Of a DNA stretch of 64,000 nucleotides, positions 62,362 through 64,000 are shown piece by piece (within the stretch, counting starts at the first letter, position 1; each line of letters begins with the position of its first letter). The notes beneath the pieces are model-generated. The model saw nothing but the letters and a program-made list of their open reading frames with translations, made no database searches and was not told the origin of the DNA. This DNA is from Heterodontus francisci (Eukaryota). The translations under genes and the position numbers were made by a program. The DNA lies in assembly GCF_036365525.1 (NCBI RefSeq), contig NC_090389.1, forward strand, positions 71,001,226-71,065,225, read 5' to 3'.

Positions 62362-64000
62362 AGTGGTAATGTTACTGGACTAGTAATCCAGAGACCCATA
62401 CAAATGCTTCGGTGACATGAGTTCAGATCCCACCACTGCAGTTGGGGACTTTAAATTCAGTTAATTAATAAATGGGGAATAGAATGCTGTCTCATTCATC
62501 ATCATGTAACTACGGGACTGTCGTAAAAACCCACCTGATTCATATATGTCCTTCAGTGAAAGAAATCTGCCATCCTTGCCTAGTCTGGCCCATATGTGAC
62601 TCCAGTCCCATAGCAACATGATTGACTCTTACTGTCCTCTGAAATGGCCGAGCAAGGCATTCAGTTGTATTAAACCACTACCAAAACGTCAAATAATAAA
62701 ACAGGATGTACCACCTGGCATTGACTTGGGCATCAGAAATGACAAAGGCACACCCTGCCCAGTGTACCTAGCAAACTCCTCCTAACCAGCATCTGCAGAC
62801 TTGGGCCAAAATTGGGAGAGCTGTCCCACAGACTAGCCAAGCAACAACCTGTCTTAGTCATACTCTCAGAATCATACCTTTACAGCCAAGGTTCCAGACT
62901 TCTCTATCACGATTCCTGGGTATGTCTTGTCCCACTGGAGTGGAGGCACACCGCTATACAGTCAGGAGGGAGTGGCCCTGAGTTCTCAACCTTTACCCTG
63001 GACCCTATGGAGTCTCATGGCATCAGGTCAAATGTGGGTAAGGAAACCTCTTGCTGATTACCACCTACATCTCTTCCTTAGCTGATGAATCAGTGCTCCT
63101 CCATGTTGAACGCTAATTGGAATAATCACTGAGGATAGCAAGAGCACAGAATGTAATCTGGGTGGGGGACCTCATGTCCATCACCAAGAGTGGCTTGGTA
63201 ATGCTACTACTGACCAAACTGGCTGAGTCCTGAAGGAGTTGGCTGCCAGATTGGGCCTGTGGTGGTGGGTAGTGAGAGAATCAACAAGAGGGGAAAAACC
63301 TACTTGACCTCGTCCTCGCACACCTGGCTGTCACAGATGCATCTGTCCATGACAATATTGGTAAGCGTGATCACCGTACAGTCCTTATGGAGATGAAGTT
63401 CTGTCTTCACACTGAGGACATGCTGCATTGTGTTGTGTGGCATTACCATTGTGTTTAGTGGGATAGACTTGGAACACATCTAGCAGTTCAAAACTGGACA
63501 TCTATGAGGCGCTGTGGGCCATCAGCAGCAGAATTGTATTCAACCACGATCTGTAATTTCATGATCTGGCATGTCCTCCACTCTACCATTACCATCAAGC
63601 CACGGGATCAACCTTGGTTCAATGAGGAGTGTAGGAGAGCATGCCAGGAGCAGCACCAGGCAAACCTAAAAATAAGGTTCTAACCTGGTGCAGCTGCAAC
63701 ACAAGACTGCAAGCATGCTAAACAGCGGAAGCAGCATGCTATAGACGGAGCTAAGCGATCCCAAAACCAATAGATCTGATCAAAGCTCTGCAGTCCTGCC
63801 ATATCCAGCCGTGAATGGTGGTGGACAATTAAACAACTCACCGGTGGAGGAGGCTCCACAAATATCCGCATCTTCAATGATGGGGGAGCCCAGCACATCA
63901 GGGCAAAAGAAAGCCTGGAGCATTTGCACTCATCTTCAGCCGGAAGTGCCAAGTGGATGATCCATCTTGGCTTCCTCCTTGGGTTCCCACCATCATAGAT
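62362..64000 (+). mobile_element. tRNA-headed LINE (CR1/Zenon-like endonuclease); its first ~25 nt lie at 58546-58570
   Basis: A box TAGCATAGTGG at 58553-58563 and B box gagttcagatcc at 62419-62430. These are followed by APE motifs GELSHRL..ILSESYL, WVGD..VHHQEWLG, LLDLVL and DH. The element runs off the window. Confidence 0.7.

Overview
This is eukaryotic genomic DNA from a cartilaginous fish (shark-type HE1/V-SINEs, DeuSINEs, and CR1/L2/RTE/Tx1 LINEs); it is not prokaryotic. The only host gene is nischarin (NISCH, + strand). It has a CpG-rich promoter near 15.7 kb and 13 coding exons from 15870 to 56501, totalling 1516 nt (505 codons + 1 nt) and encoding the PX domain, the leucine-rich repeats and the start of the low-complexity linker. 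The gene continues beyond the window. Almost everything else is layered transposable-element debris. The most notable items are: (1) a full-length Tx1-clade LINE whose 5' end is a 27-nt piece of U1 snRNA, lying in a head-to-tail array of three family copies inside a putative DNA-transposon host; (2) a twin-primed (5'-inverted) RTE LINE with a 12-bp TSD, inserted between the A and B boxes of a tRNA-headed LINE; (3) a zero-spacer 194-bp perfect palindrome made of Penelope-type repeats carrying hammerhead-ribozyme cores; (4) two complementary GalEa-like Copia LTR retrotransposon relics; (5) a GC-AG intron, a strong-Kozak uORF and an open intron-13 read-through in NISCH; (6) a tRNA-Lys pseudogene abutting a SINE. 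All family names come from recalled motifs, not database searches.
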